From IMG/VR virus record IMGVR_UViG_3300028804_000002, positions 64,001-128,000 of that record: a stretch of DNA of 64,000 nt; one strand, 5' to 3'. The translations under genes and the position numbers were made by a program. How positions within the stretch are numbered: position 1 is the first letter of the stretch; the number at the start of each line of letters is the position of its first letter. The notes below the pieces were generated by a model. The model worked only from the letters and a program-made list of their open reading frames with translations. It was not told where the DNA came from and ran no database searches. This DNA comes from a virus. Lineage: Duplodnaviria; Caudoviricetes. Positions 9,591 through 21,500 of the stretch are shown piece by piece.

Positions 9591-10297
9591 GTTTCTTTTG
9601 TTTTTAATTCTTTTCCTTCTGGAATATATTTTCCAGTAAGTACTTCAATAATTTTATCAAGATCTACATTATTTGGTAAACTACGATATTCAATTCTATC
9701 ACCTAATTGACCTTCTTTTATAGCATAAACTCCTTTTACTCTATTTGTATCCTTAATTTCTTTTTTGAATGCTTGATCAAGATCAAATATAGGATTCATA
9801 TAATTAAACAAACTCGCATAAGATTTTGTTGTATTACTTGAATCATATCTATATTTATCTTCAACTTCAACTCTTCTATATTCTGTATAGTTAAAGATTT
9901 TATTTTCTGAAAAGTTAATTTGTAATGAAGCCTTTCTTAAACCTTTTGGAAGTACTTTACTTACTGCACCATTAGGATAAATACTAAATTCTTCAAGAGC
10001 TTCAAGTCTTTTAGAATTAACAAAAGCTTTATCCTTTCTGCATTGTCTTATAAATTCGTCAGATAAAGTCACTTCTGGTATAAATCTTATATGACAATTC
10101 TTAGATTCTATAAGAATTTGTTCATTATAAATAAGTTTTTTAAGCTCAAATATACAATCAACAATATTGTTATGTATTCCAGTTCTTATTTCTCCAATAA
10201 GTGGATTACCATCCACATTATTAGTTACAGTTCTAGCTGTTATTATTTCATTTTTTCTATTGAAGACAAAAAATTCAAGTTCAATTCCGTATTTCAT
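9566..10297 (-). CDS. Carboxylate-amine ligase (GCS/amidoligase-like) protein
   Basis: YGIELEFFV, GEIRT, IEYRSLP. Confidence 0.65.
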   Translation of the reverse strand: MKYGIELEFFVFNRKNEIITARTVTNNVDGNPLIGEIRTGIHNNIVDCIFELKKLIYNEQILIESKNCHIRFIPEVTLSDEFIRQCRKDKAFVNSKRLEALEEFSIYPNGAVSKVLPKGLRKASLQINFSENKIFNYTEYRRVEVEDKYRYDSSNTTKSYASLFNYMNPIFDLDQAFKKEIKDTNRVKGVYAIKEGQLGDRIEYRSLPNNVDLDKIIEVLTGKYIPEGKELKTKETCLEEIKK

Positions 10298-10563
10298 ATT
10301 ATTATGTTTTTAGTATTTTATTTAATTCTACTTCAGAAATATATGGAGTGGGAGGACAACCAAGACGATCTTCTTTTTCTTTTCTTCCTGAATGTAATTC
10401 AATATAGGTTGCACGATTATTATTGTCTTCGTTTCTTTCTTCTATACAATCCCATATTTCTTCAAATAGATTTTTTGCTTCTTCTTTAGAACTACAAACA
10501 GCTACCGTAAATCCAGGTTCATATGGATCTCCAATATCTTCTATTAATAATATAGTTTTCATA

Positions 10564-11013
10564 TTATTTTGGTAATTTAATTTTTTCTCTTACAAGAGCT
10601 TCAAGATATTCTATTTTTCTATTTGTAAGTGATAATATAATTATTTTTACGTCGTCTAAACTTAAACAAACTGTTTTATTAATAAGATGACTTTCTGCAG
10701 CATTTTTAGTTGAGAATTTTTGTATCCAATCATAATTTACTGCATTATAATGAGCAATGTCTTTATTTGAGTATATTTTACATTCCAAATTATGTAAAAC
10801 ATTTATATAGAAAAATTCATCTCCTTCATAAATATTTACTCCATCAATTGTTTTAAAAAGAAATTTAGGACTTAATAATTCCCAATCATTACTATTTTCA
10901 ATTATTTCTTTAGGTATTGATTGATCAAACTTTCCATTATTTCTCCAATAATATAAATTATCTGTACCTTCTATATAGATAAGTCCAGTATTTTTATGCC
11001 CATATCTTTTCAT
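10564..11013 (-). CDS. Hypothetical phage protein
   Basis: 149-aa operonic ORF (LFKTIDGVNIYEGD). Confidence 0.7.
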   Translation of the reverse strand: MKRYGHKNTGLIYIEGTDNLYYWRNNGKFDQSIPKEIIENSNDWELLSPKFLFKTIDGVNIYEGDEFFYINVLHNLECKIYSNKDIAHYNAVNYDWIQKFSTKNAAESHLINKTVCLSLDDVKIIILSLTNRKIEYLEALVREKIKLPK

Positions 11014-11154
11014 AATTATTTAAATTTTAAGAATAATACATAACCACACCAGATTATAGAAACATAAAATTTATGTCTATAGTGATGTTTTTGATCTCGA
11101 AAAATTATTATAAATTTTGGATTAAAACTAAATTTGGGTGCTTTATGTATCATA

Positions 11155-11472
11155 TTACCAATTTAACATCCACATAGTAAGTAAGCCTGGAGCATAACCA
11201 TTTCTTCTTTTAAAAGAATTAACTATCACAAAGTTTAAACTACGTAAATTTTTCTGTAAATTAAGTTCACTCTCGGTAGTTATTACAAATACTGCTCTTT
11301 GTCCCCCTATTATTACAGGAGTGTATTCTTTTTTAGCTTCTTCTTTAAGCTTTTCTATCTCATTTCTTATATTTTCAATAGGTTCATCATCTGGCATAGA
11401 TAATTGACAAAGAGCACAACATGCTGTATTTGTTTTTGTTATTGGCATATTATTAAGTTTAAATTGTTTCAA
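11155..11472 (-). CDS. Hypothetical protein, possible degenerate GNAT-like fold
   Basis: TACCALCQL...LRSLNFVIVNSF...LTMW; resembles 12517-12924. Confidence 0.55.
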   Translation of the reverse strand: MKQFKLNNMPITKTNTACCALCQLSMPDDEPIENIRNEIEKLKEEAKKEYTPVIIGGQRAVFVITTESELNLQKNLRSLNFVIVNSFKRRNGYAPGLLTMWMLNW

Positions 11473-11959
11473 CTATAGTTTCAGTATTAAAATATTTAGC
11501 CATTGTCATTTGGAATATTCCAGCTATCTTAGGTTGACATTTAACTAAAGAACATAATTCTTTACCTTCTTGTTTACCAAGATATTTTGTAACTGCCCAA
11601 GAATTACGAAAAACTGGAGTTCTTTTCCATATAACTTCCTTATAAATAAAGGTCTCTCCTGTTTTAAGCCATTTTAATTCTAACTCCATTTTAATCGTAT
11701 ATTAAATGTTCTTGATGAAAGTTTTGTTCTTTCTTAGAAATTTCTTCTGGGTGTTCAAGTTCAAAAGTTCTGTTAAATTCAATTTCTAATTTGTGTTCAA
11801 CAAAATTTTTATCACTTTTATTTCTATTTACTTTCATAAAAAATACCCAAACTCCTTGTTTTCTAATAATATAATATAATATACCTAATGGATTTTTTGG
11901 TGTAGGAAGTGATCTTACTATTCTGCCTTCAATTGTTTTTCCTCTACTCAGTATCATAA

Positions 11960-12520
11960 TTAATCTGTATGAAAATCATTAAATTCATCTTTTTCTTCAC
12001 TTTTTTGTTTTCTATATAATGGATTTGAACCACCACTTTCTTCCCAAGCTCTCCAATCTTCTCTGGTTAATGTACTCCAAGTAGCTACTCCTGGAAAGGA
12101 TTTAAATGGTAATTTAGTTTTTTTAGTTTTCCATTCATTTGTTTCTTTATCGTAATACTCATCTTTTTCAAAGTATTTTTTATCTTTACTAATTTCAGAA
12201 GGATGAGTTGCTTCGGATATTGATTTAATAACCCAAGATATTTGATCTTCTCTTACTGCATATTTTGCAGATAGTTCATATTGTTGAGCACGATCATTTA
12301 TATTTATTTGATGATCAAGCCAACTAAGTTCTTTTTCCAATTTATCTCTGTCAACTAATAGACCTGTAATACCAGGTAAACCTTCAATAAAAATCCAATT
12401 TAGAGCTGATATAGCTTCATTTTTATTAGCGTCATGTTCATGAAATCTCGATTCTAAATTAGTTAGGTAATTTATCTGATCAATTAACTTTGATTCATTG
12501 ACTATTATCATTCTACTCAT
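11960..12520 (-). CDS. Hypothetical protein
   Basis: 186-aa operonic ORF. Confidence 0.7.
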   Translation of the reverse strand: MSRMIIVNESKLIDQINYLTNLESRFHEHDANKNEAISALNWIFIEGLPGITGLLVDRDKLEKELSWLDHQININDRAQQYELSAKYAVREDQISWVIKSISEATHPSEISKDKKYFEKDEYYDKETNEWKTKKTKLPFKSFPGVATWSTLTREDWRAWEESGGSNPLYRKQKSEEKDEFNDFHTD

Positions 12521-12924
12521 AAAATAATTTGATAAAGACTTTGTTTATAATTTCCATCCTTTCCATGTAAATAATTTGGATAAGTACTTAATTTTTGAAA
12601 TCCTAATTTCAAAAGTGTATTATCTGGAAAGCTTTGACCAAGAGTAGTTATTATACTACCTACTCCATTCTTTTTGTAAGTCTTAAAAACATGTTTAATT
12701 AAATCAATTAAATAGTCACTTGATGGTAAATGTCCATATTTACATAATACTACACATCCACAACCAGAATGCATATCTTTTAAAGAAAATGTTGTATTAC
12801 TTATAACAACACAGATTGAAGGATGATAATGTCCATTTCTCACTTCAATTTTAAATTCGGATTGAATCTTATTCTTCTTCAATATTTCTTCTAATTCTTC
12901 TTTCAATTTTGATTCTACTATCAT
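12517..12924 (-). CDS. Hypothetical protein, possible degenerate GNAT-like fold
   Basis: HSGCGCVVL...LLKLGFQKLSTY. Confidence 0.6.
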   Translation of the reverse strand: MIVESKLKEELEEILKKNKIQSEFKIEVRNGHYHPSICVVISNTTFSLKDMHSGCGCVVLCKYGHLPSSDYLIDLIKHVFKTYKKNGVGSIITTLGQSFPDNTLLKLGFQKLSTYPNYLHGKDGNYKQSLYQIIL

Positions 12925-13160
12925 AGTGTTATATTGTAAGTTATTTATATTTTATTTGGATAGTTCAATATATTTTAGTATTATTTAGCATGAATAATAT
13001 AACTAATTCTTGCAATGGATCTAGTGGCTGTGAAATTAAAGTAATACTTCCACACGGTTCCAATTCAATAAAAATTCGATAATCTCATATTATCTTGAGT
13101 AAATGCTTGATAATTAATACTTAACCGTTCCGTTTGCGGTATAACATACGGACCTACAAA

Positions 13161-13736
13161 ATGGCTTCAAAATATTATATTCAAAAAGGTCTGCTTATAA
13201 AAAAAGCTGATCAAAAAGATGACACTAATCTTTTCGATTTTAGTAAACTCATAGAAAATGAGTTAGATCGTCTTAATGTAGCTTCATTTAATGAATGTTG
13301 CGACACTGCTGGTACAGATCCACAACCTGTACAATTTGATCCAACAACTGGATCTTTACAAACTTTTAACGGTACTTCCTACGCAGAATTATCTGCAGGT
13401 ATATCTGCTAATTCAATGCTTGCTGGATTTTTTCCACTTGTAGCACAAAATGATATAACTGCTGGTACAGGAGGTGCAATTGTTGTTACAAATTATCTTA
13501 CTACAATTAATACTGATGCTGGTGGTGATGCGTTTACTTTAGCAGATGGCGTACAAGTTGGTCAGCTTAAAAAGATTTTATTAGTAGCAGACGGTGGAGG
13601 TAATGCTGTTATAACTCCAGTAAATTTATCTGGTGGTACAACCATTACAATGAATGATGCTGGTGATTATGTAGTATTAATTTGGGATGGTACAGATTGG
13701 GTTACACTAGAGAATTCTGGTTCAACTATTGCTTAA
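13161..13736 (+). CDS. Virion structural/decoration protein
   Basis: G/T/D-rich; C-terminal TLADG..GQLKKI..DGG..TP.NLSGGTTIT module shared with next gene; ATG at 13161. Confidence 0.75.
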   Translation: MASKYYIQKGLLIKKADQKDDTNLFDFSKLIENELDRLNVASFNECCDTAGTDPQPVQFDPTTGSLQTFNGTSYAELSAGISANSMLAGFFPLVAQNDITAGTGGAIVVTNYLTTINTDAGGDAFTLADGVQVGQLKKILLVADGGGNAVITPVNLSGGTTITMNDAGDYVVLIWDGTDWVTLENSGSTIA

Positions 13737-13756
13737 TCTTTTAAAATAATTTAATA

Positions 13757-14329
13757 ATGGCAACAAGTCAATTTCAAGCTAGTTCAGGCATACTTTTAGA
13801 TGGAGTAAATATATTGAATGGTACAGTAGATCTTAATGGTACTGCTAATGCTCTTATATTAGATGCTGATGGAGATACTCATATAAGTTCTCCTTCTGAT
13901 GATCAAATAGATATATCTATTAATGGATCAGATGATTTTACAATTACTTCTAATTCATTTAATGTATTAGCGGGATCTACCATTGCAGGACCTTCATCTA
14001 CTTTTGGTACTTTTATACCAATATCTACACAACAGAATTTATCTGGTGCCGGTGCAGTTAATGTAACTTCTTATTATACAGCATGGACTACTACTGGTTC
14101 TAATGCAGGTACATTAGCAGATGGTGTAGTTAAAGGTCAACTTAAGAAGATTCAAATGGTAACTGATGGTGGTGATGGTACTCTCACTCCAACAAATCTT
14201 AGTGGTGGAACAACAATAACTTTTGCTGATGTTGGAGATTATGTTCTCCTCTATTTCAACGGCACAGCATGGGTTTTGTTAGAATCAGGTAATCATGCTG
14301 ATGGTACATCAGCTCCTGCATTTGCTTAA
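13757..14329 (+). CDS. Virion structural/decoration protein, paralog of 13161-13736
   Basis: Same C-terminal module. Confidence 0.75.
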   Translation: MATSQFQASSGILLDGVNILNGTVDLNGTANALILDADGDTHISSPSDDQIDISINGSDDFTITSNSFNVLAGSTIAGPSSTFGTFIPISTQQNLSGAGAVNVTSYYTAWTTTGSNAGTLADGVVKGQLKKIQMVTDGGDGTLTPTNLSGGTTITFADVGDYVLLYFNGTAWVLLESGNHADGTSAPAFA

Positions 14330-14348
14330 TATTTAAAATTATAATACC

Positions 14349-15551
14349 TTGCCTAGCATTCATGAACAAATACTAGAGAAATTAAATACTCTAGATAAAA
14401 AGTCAAAGCAAAAACAAATATTATATAACAATGGGCCTCTCTCCGGAGAGGTTTCCTGTTGTTATGTATTAGGTATAGATAATTCTACAGGTGATATTTA
14501 TTATAAAGATGAAGATGGACAATGGGCATTAATTATTGATGGAGGTTCTTCTCCTTTAACTGCAGATTTACCGTTACTGATATCCTCTGATGTTATAAGT
14601 ATACCATTAGCTGATACAAATAATGATGGATACCTTTCTACAACTGACTGGGATTTATTTGATCGTAAATGGGGTCCAGCAGGAAACACTGCATTAGGTG
14701 GAGATTTTATTGGAACATTAAATGCTCAACCACTTATATTTAAAACTAATAATACTTATGTTGGTAGTGTATCAGGAGACGGTAAATTTAATTGGGATTT
14801 TGCTCAAGGTGGTACAACATTAGGTACTGGTCAAATGAATACGATTTTTGGTTATGATCAAGCAATAGCAGGAACAGCAAGTTATAATATTATAGGTGGT
14901 TTTCAAAGTAATATAGGCGCAAATGTCCTTGCAGCTACAGCTATAGGTTATAACACAAGAGTTAATTATAATTATGGAGCAGCATTTAACTCTGGAACTG
15001 TTGCTAATAGTGTTGGAGCTTTTGCTGCTAATAATGCTGAAGTTATAGCATTTTATGGAGCAGGATTTGGAAAATATAACGAAACTGCCACTGACACTTC
15101 AACTCCAACTAGTACTTCTTCACAGAATAGGATATTTATAATAGGTAATGGTTCGGGAACAGGTAATAGACATAATGCTCTTACTGTTTTACATGGTTCA
15201 GATACTACAAATGGTACTAAGCCATTATTTGGTTTTAATACGTTGCTTCCAACATCTACAGTAAGTGTAGCTGGTTCATTTGAAGCTTCTTATGTTGCTA
15301 AAACAGCAGATTATACAGCTACAGATTTAGATTATACTATACATTTTACTTCAGGAACTGATACTTTTACACTTCCAACTGCAGTGGGATGTACTGGAAG
15401 AATCTATGTAGTAAAAAATACAACTGGAGGAAATCTTACATTAGCTACAACATCTTCACAAACAATAGATGGTGCTGCTCCAGGTACATTAGCTAATGGT
15501 GCAGCCGCTCAATTTCAAAGTACTGGAGCTAACTGGATTAAGATTAATTAA
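14349..15551 (+). CDS. Tail fibre/adhesin with YadA-head-like repeats
   Basis: DGYLSTTDW, FIGTLNAQPLIFKTNN, ATAIGYNTR repeats, IFIIGNG..RHNALTV, C-terminal TLPTAVGCTGRIYVVKN..TIDG. Confidence 0.75.
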   Translation: MPSIHEQILEKLNTLDKKSKQKQILYNNGPLSGEVSCCYVLGIDNSTGDIYYKDEDGQWALIIDGGSSPLTADLPLLISSDVISIPLADTNNDGYLSTTDWDLFDRKWGPAGNTALGGDFIGTLNAQPLIFKTNNTYVGSVSGDGKFNWDFAQGGTTLGTGQMNTIFGYDQAIAGTASYNIIGGFQSNIGANVLAATAIGYNTRVNYNYGAAFNSGTVANSVGAFAANNAEVIAFYGAGFGKYNETATDTSTPTSTSSQNRIFIIGNGSGTGNRHNALTVLHGSDTTNGTKPLFGFNTLLPTSTVSVAGSFEASYVAKTADYTATDLDYTIHFTSGTDTFTLPTAVGCTGRIYVVKNTTGGNLTLATTSSQTIDGAAPGTLANGAAAQFQSTGANWIKIN

Positions 15552-15553
15552 AT

Positions 15554-16474
15554 ATGATAAATAATCTTAAATTATTAGTATCTGGAGATAGTCATACCGT
15601 CTGGGTTCCACCAGGTGGTTTTAATATGGTATGGGTAAATAAATTAAAATCTTTTTTTGAACAGTATTTTCCACAAGTAACATTAACAAATCTTGGAATA
15701 GGTGGAACAACAATAGGTGGTTGTATGCCATCTAGTTATACTTATACAGTAGAGCCTTGCACTCTTTGTCAACCAAATCCTCTTTTAAATATAGAAACTA
15801 TATTATCTTATAATCCAGATTTTGTTGTTATCTCTTTTAGTGGAAATCAGTTTACAAATAGAATGCCAGTATCAGAAGTTGAATATTGTTATACTACAAT
15901 TATAGATATATTGAGAAATAATAATATTAAATTTCTAATAACAGGACAAGGACCAAGAGATAGAACATTTTTTGCTCCAGTTACAGCTCAGACATATTAT
16001 AATGATTCTACAGCTGTTAATACTTTTTTGAAACAGTATGCACCTAATGAATATTGTGATACTTACGAGTATATGTATGATACAATTAATGGATTAAGAC
16101 CTTGGTCATATTTAATGGATACAGGTGGACTACATTATAATGATATTGGAAATCAAGAATATTTAAATGCTCATCTTAGATCAAAATCTTTAGATGATTT
16201 TTTAAATGACTACAAAGCTTCCACAAAAGATTTCTCTTTTACAAAAAGTGGAAGTAATATAGAATTTTCTGGTATTATTAGATATAATACAATAGAAATA
16301 TATGGAAGTAATGATAATTCTACATATGATTTAATAAATACATATACAACTCCTGGAGAAGAAAGAGACTTTGTGATTGTGAATGAAAGTTTTGTAGATA
16401 CTGGATATCTCTGGTATAAAATAAAAATAATAGGTAAAAGATTAACTAAAACAATAACAAAAAAATTAAACTAA
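15554..16474 (+). CDS. SGNH/GDSL hydrolase (putative polysaccharide O-acetyl esterase)
   Basis: GDSHT, NLGIGG, SGN, GGLHYNDIG blocks. Confidence 0.85.
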   Translation: MINNLKLLVSGDSHTVWVPPGGFNMVWVNKLKSFFEQYFPQVTLTNLGIGGTTIGGCMPSSYTYTVEPCTLCQPNPLLNIETILSYNPDFVVISFSGNQFTNRMPVSEVEYCYTTIIDILRNNNIKFLITGQGPRDRTFFAPVTAQTYYNDSTAVNTFLKQYAPNEYCDTYEYMYDTINGLRPWSYLMDTGGLHYNDIGNQEYLNAHLRSKSLDDFLNDYKASTKDFSFTKSGSNIEFSGIIRYNTIEIYGSNDNSTYDLINTYTTPGEERDFVIVNESFVDTGYLWYKIKIIGKRLTKTITKKLN

Positions 16475-18531
16475 TGGCAATATATTACGTAAGTACTACA
16501 GGTAATGATGCATCAAACGGTTCACAATCAACGCCTTGGAAAACACTTAATAAAGCGTTTTCTTCTGTTATATCTGGTGATACCATTCATGTTAATGCTG
16601 GTACATATACTCAAGCAACAACTTTAAATTTACCAGTTGGTGTAAATTTAGAAGGTGATGGTAAAGATTTGACTATTATAAAAGGTACTATGACTGGAGA
16701 TTGGTCTGTACTTTTAAATATAGAAAGTTCTTCATTAACAAATGGTAATCAAATAATATCTAATATTGGATTTGATGGTAGTTATGTTAGTAATACAAAT
16801 TTTAAGACTTGGATAGCTATTTGGAGTACTTTACGTCATAATGTTGTATTAGATAATTGCTCTATAAAAAAGTTTTACCACAGAGGTGTTATTTTTAATG
16901 GTAATGGTGATAATAGTTCTACTATTCCAATAGATCCTAAAATATATACTACAGGTAATAAAATTACTAATTGTGTATTTGATGATGCTGCTGGTTGGTA
17001 TGGTACTACAATATGTGGACAAATTAATGTTGGTGGTACTAAAGATATGATTATATCTGGAAATACAATGACCCAACTTTCACGTCCTGCTGGTACAAAT
17101 GGTGAGCTTATTAAATATTGGGGCTCTGGTTATAATTTAGGTTTAAAGATTCTTAACAATACATTAAAAAGAGCTAATTTTACAGGTCCAAGTTGGAATG
17201 GAGATAGTGATTGGAATTTTGCTATTGAATTATTTAATCAATCCGGATTAGAAATTGCCAATAATGATATTCAAGGAAGTATTGATCTTAATTATAATAG
17301 AGTAGTATCTCCATACACTTACAGTTTATGGATACATCATAATTATAGTGGTCACTCTCCAATAAATACGAAAGAAGAACAAGGTATTATACTTGAGTTT
17401 GAAACTGATAGAGCAATTATAGAAGATAATAGATTTTATAATCAAGCAATGGGTATAACATTTAATGTTCGTACACCTAATAATAATGGTGGATATAATA
17501 ATCCAAAACCAGTTGGTGGTTATAGTGCAGTTACAAACGTAACGATTAAGAATAACTTATTTGCTAATTTATATAGCACACCATCAAGTTCTGCTGGTAT
17601 TCAATTCTTAACAGAAGGTGATACAAAAGATGCATATTGCAGAAACTTACAAATATCTAATAATACATTTGTAACAAATTCTAGTGATGCTGCAATTTCT
17701 GGTATAGATTTATCTCATTTTCAAAAAGCTGTTAATAGTACCCCAGGTGCTGATGGCATTACCATTAATAATAATATTTTTATAGGTTTCGCAGGTCAAT
17801 ATTTAGAAGGTGGTTCTACACAAATGGTTAACATTATCACTAAAGATAACTGTTTGTGGAATAATGGTAATACTAATAATCCAAATTGGATAGGTTCTTT
17901 AATTAATACAAATAATCAAAAAGTAAATCCATTACTTGATTCTAATTATTTAGTACCTACAAATTCTCCAATATATGGTCAAAATATTGGTTATCAAGCT
18001 AATTCAGCTCCACAACCATGTACATATACTTATTCGGTTTGGGGACCATGTGTTAATGGACAACAAACTAGAACTGTAATTTCAACTACTCCTTCAGGAT
18101 GTATAGGAACACCAGTTTTAACTCAATCTTGTGTAGTAGTTAATCAACCTCCTACTGCCAATGCAGGACCTGATCAGACGATCACGCTTCCTACCAACTC
18201 AGTAATCCTGTCTGGTAGTGGCACCGATCCGGATGGAACAATAGTGAATTATACATGGAAAAATAGTGGTGGAGTTGTAGTTGGAACAACAGCTTCAATA
18301 ACTCTTACTAATTTAACTGAAGGAGTATATACATATAATTTAACAGTGACAGATAATCAAGGAGATTCTGATTCAGATTCTGTTATTATAACAGTAAAAG
18401 CAGCTCCAACAAATCAAAATAGTACTCAAGTAATAGTATATGAATATGCTAATAATACTGCAGCAAAAGCTGCTGGATTAAAAGTTGGAATGTTGTATCG
18501 TACAGGAGCAAATGTCAAAGTAGTTTATTAA
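16474..18531 (+). CDS. Right-handed beta-helix depolymerase-like protein with TSP1-like and PKD domains
   Basis: YYVSTTGNDASNGS..PWKTL..GDTIHV..GTY, Asn-rich PbH1 repeats, CTYTYSVWGPC..QTR, NQPPTANAGPDQ..DPDG PKD. Confidence 0.85.
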   Translation: MAIYYVSTTGNDASNGSQSTPWKTLNKAFSSVISGDTIHVNAGTYTQATTLNLPVGVNLEGDGKDLTIIKGTMTGDWSVLLNIESSSLTNGNQIISNIGFDGSYVSNTNFKTWIAIWSTLRHNVVLDNCSIKKFYHRGVIFNGNGDNSSTIPIDPKIYTTGNKITNCVFDDAAGWYGTTICGQINVGGTKDMIISGNTMTQLSRPAGTNGELIKYWGSGYNLGLKILNNTLKRANFTGPSWNGDSDWNFAIELFNQSGLEIANNDIQGSIDLNYNRVVSPYTYSLWIHHNYSGHSPINTKEEQGIILEFETDRAIIEDNRFYNQAMGITFNVRTPNNNGGYNNPKPVGGYSAVTNVTIKNNLFANLYSTPSSSAGIQFLTEGDTKDAYCRNLQISNNTFVTNSSDAAISGIDLSHFQKAVNSTPGADGITINNNIFIGFAGQYLEGGSTQMVNIITKDNCLWNNGNTNNPNWIGSLINTNNQKVNPLLDSNYLVPTNSPIYGQNIGYQANSAPQPCTYTYSVWGPCVNGQQTRTVISTTPSGCIGTPVLTQSCVVVNQPPTANAGPDQTITLPTNSVILSGSGTDPDGTIVNYTWKNSGGVVVGTTASITLTNLTEGVYTYNLTVTDNQGDSDSDSVIITVKAAPTNQNSTQVIVYEYANNTAAKAAGLKVGMLYRTGANVKVVY

Positions 18532-18543
18532 TGAAATACATTA

Positions 18544-21500
18544 ATGAAAAAATTAATATTAAATTATACGTTCAATGCATCAGCTAAGAGTATTACTTTT
18601 AAAGATTATAAGAGTATAAACTTATCTGGTATCTTGTCAATAAAAAATTTGACAAGAAATGTTGTAATTTATATATTAAATACAGAACTTAATGGTAGAG
18701 TTGTAGGCAATCAATTCATTTATGAAGGACATTTTCCATCCTTTAAAAATAATGATAAATTACAAATATGGTATGTAGATAATATACCTGATGAAGTATC
18801 AGAGCCTCCCGTAGGTTCAGTATTTGCTGGAACCTCTAATGCTACTTTAGGTCAAGTGATTTTTTCTAATACCAATGGAGTATCTTTTGGTATTAATGGT
18901 CAAGTAATAACAGCATCAGTAGCTCCTGCTGATGGACTTGTTAATTTTAGTGCAGGTACAACTTCTCGTAGTCTTAGTAATGTAGTATTTTCTAACTCAA
19001 ATGGAATATCATTTGGACTAAATGGTAGTACTATTACTGCTTCAGTTGGAGCAGGTGGTGCTGCAGGAACTGTTTCTGCTGGAACAACTGATGTAGCTCT
19101 TGGTAAAGTTATATTTTCAAATTCTAACGGGATATCTTTTGGTTTAAATGGATCAACACTTACTGCTCAACACAATGCTTTAACCTCACAATCTAATCAG
19201 GCAATAAGTGGTAGCAATGGTAGCTTTACGTTCCAAACTGCAACATTTGGTAATTTAAATGGATTATCATTTTATATCAGCAACGGTTCTTTAGTAGGAT
19301 CATATACAGTGCCTTCAACAGCAGGACATATATCTCGTATAAACGTATCTGCTGGAACAACTTCTAACAATTTAACTAATTTTATTCTAAGTAATTCTAA
19401 TGGAGTTACTTTTGGATTAGACGGTTCTACAATAACAGCAAGCTATAGTCAGTCTACACATAGTCATTCTAGTTTAGTATTTTCTAATGATAATAATGTA
19501 ACTTTTGGAATAGCAGGCTCTACCTTGACAGCTAGTGCGTCTTATTCTAATGTTACCGATTATATTTCTATAGGAGAATCAACAAATTTCTTATTAACAG
19601 ATGTAACTAGCAATTTTCAATTTACATCTCAAATGTCTGATTATCAGTTAACAGCTGATATGACTAATTATCAAACTACTGGTAATTACTTAACAACAGC
19701 AATGGAAAGTGATTATGGTAGTAATTTTATTTATTCTTCAGCATCACTTGATTTAACAAATATATCAGCCACTCTTGGAAGTGATACAATAGCATTGTCT
19801 GTAGCAGCACAATCTACACAGCCAGTTGCTTATTCAGCTAATAATGGATCTGCTTTATTTTCTACTTTAAAGTTTGCAGATAGTAATGGTATTACATTTT
19901 CTACTGGTACACAAGGATTATATGGTACAATAAAAACAGATTATCTAACTACTGCAATGGCTAGTAATCAAGGTAGTGATTTTGTTCAAGCTACAGCTGC
20001 ATTTGCAGGAACTAATGTTAGTGGTACAATAGCCAGTGATGGTATTTCTATATCTGTAAATTCACAATCTTCTGTACCACAAAATGCATCCTTATATGGA
20101 TTAGGTAACACAACACAAAATAGTTCAACTGTTTTATCTGTTAATGCACTTTCTCTCAATGCTATAGGTTCTTTAACAGTAGGATATAGTAATGGTAGTA
20201 TTCAATTAAGTGCTCCAAATGCTTTAACAACAGCCATGGCTTCAAACAGAGGTTCAGAGTTTGTTCAAGCAAATGCTGTATTTAATGGAACTAATGCTTC
20301 TGGTACAATAGCAAGTAATGCTATATCAATATCAGTAGCTGCACAATCCGCTCAAACTGGTATATCAAGTATAGTTTTATCTAATACTACATATACATCA
20401 GGACAAATTTCCTTTAGAGATGGTAATGGTATTTCGTGGGCATCAACTACAGGTCAGGGTGTCTCTATTACTCATGGATTGCAGTTTACTTCTAATACTT
20501 CAGCTATTACTTCTAATGCTTTAAATACCTCACAAAGTAGCTTATTTAGACATACTTCGCAAAATTCACAGTTACAATTTACTTCACAAATGAGTGATTA
20601 TCTTGAGACTGCACAATCCTCTAAATATATACAAAACTGGAAGTTAACAGGTAATACTGCTGGGACTACATCATCAGCTCAAGGAACTGATTTATGGTTA
20701 GCTGGTGGTAATAATATTACTGTATCTGGATCATCAAATACTATTTCATTTTCTGTAGGTAATTATTTAACTACAGCACGTGCATCTACTGATGCGATAG
20801 GATTAAATACAGCTCAATCTAATGTTACTTGGACAGTTAATTCATCAGGATTATCTTTTGATGCAAGAGGATATGCTGGTACGGGCACATCTGCTACTAA
20901 TGCTTCTATTACATTGAATTCCAATGGATTACAAATATCTGTTGCACCAGGTGGTGGAGTTAATCCTGTAGCATCTGCTAGTAATGGTTCATTCTCATTT
21001 ACTACTTTAGCGTTCTCAAATGCTAATAATGTTACATTTGGTACATCAGCGGGATCAATAATTACAGCTTCTGTAGCTGCTCCAGGAGCAGCAGCTGAAA
21101 ATAACTGGTTTAATCTTATAGGAAATACTGCTGGAAATACTACAGCATCTGGATCAACAATAGCACTTTCTGGAGGTAATGGTGTAACAATTTCTGGAAC
21201 AAATGGTTCTCAAATAAGAATTGATGTAAACACAGTACCAGATCAAATATTTTTAAATGGAAATACTGGTGGTACTTCTTCTTGGTCTATTTCCAATGAT
21301 GCGTTTTATTTTTCCGGAGGTAATAATATTACTTTATCAGGAAGTGGTAGTACAGTTGGGATAAATGCTCCAGCTACTTCATCTTTATCTGCTACAGGTC
21401 AAGTATCTATATCAGTAAATGGTTCCACTATTTCAATAGGTGTACCAAATGCATCAACATTATCTGGATATAACGCATATGCAGATTTACCAATGGTAGC

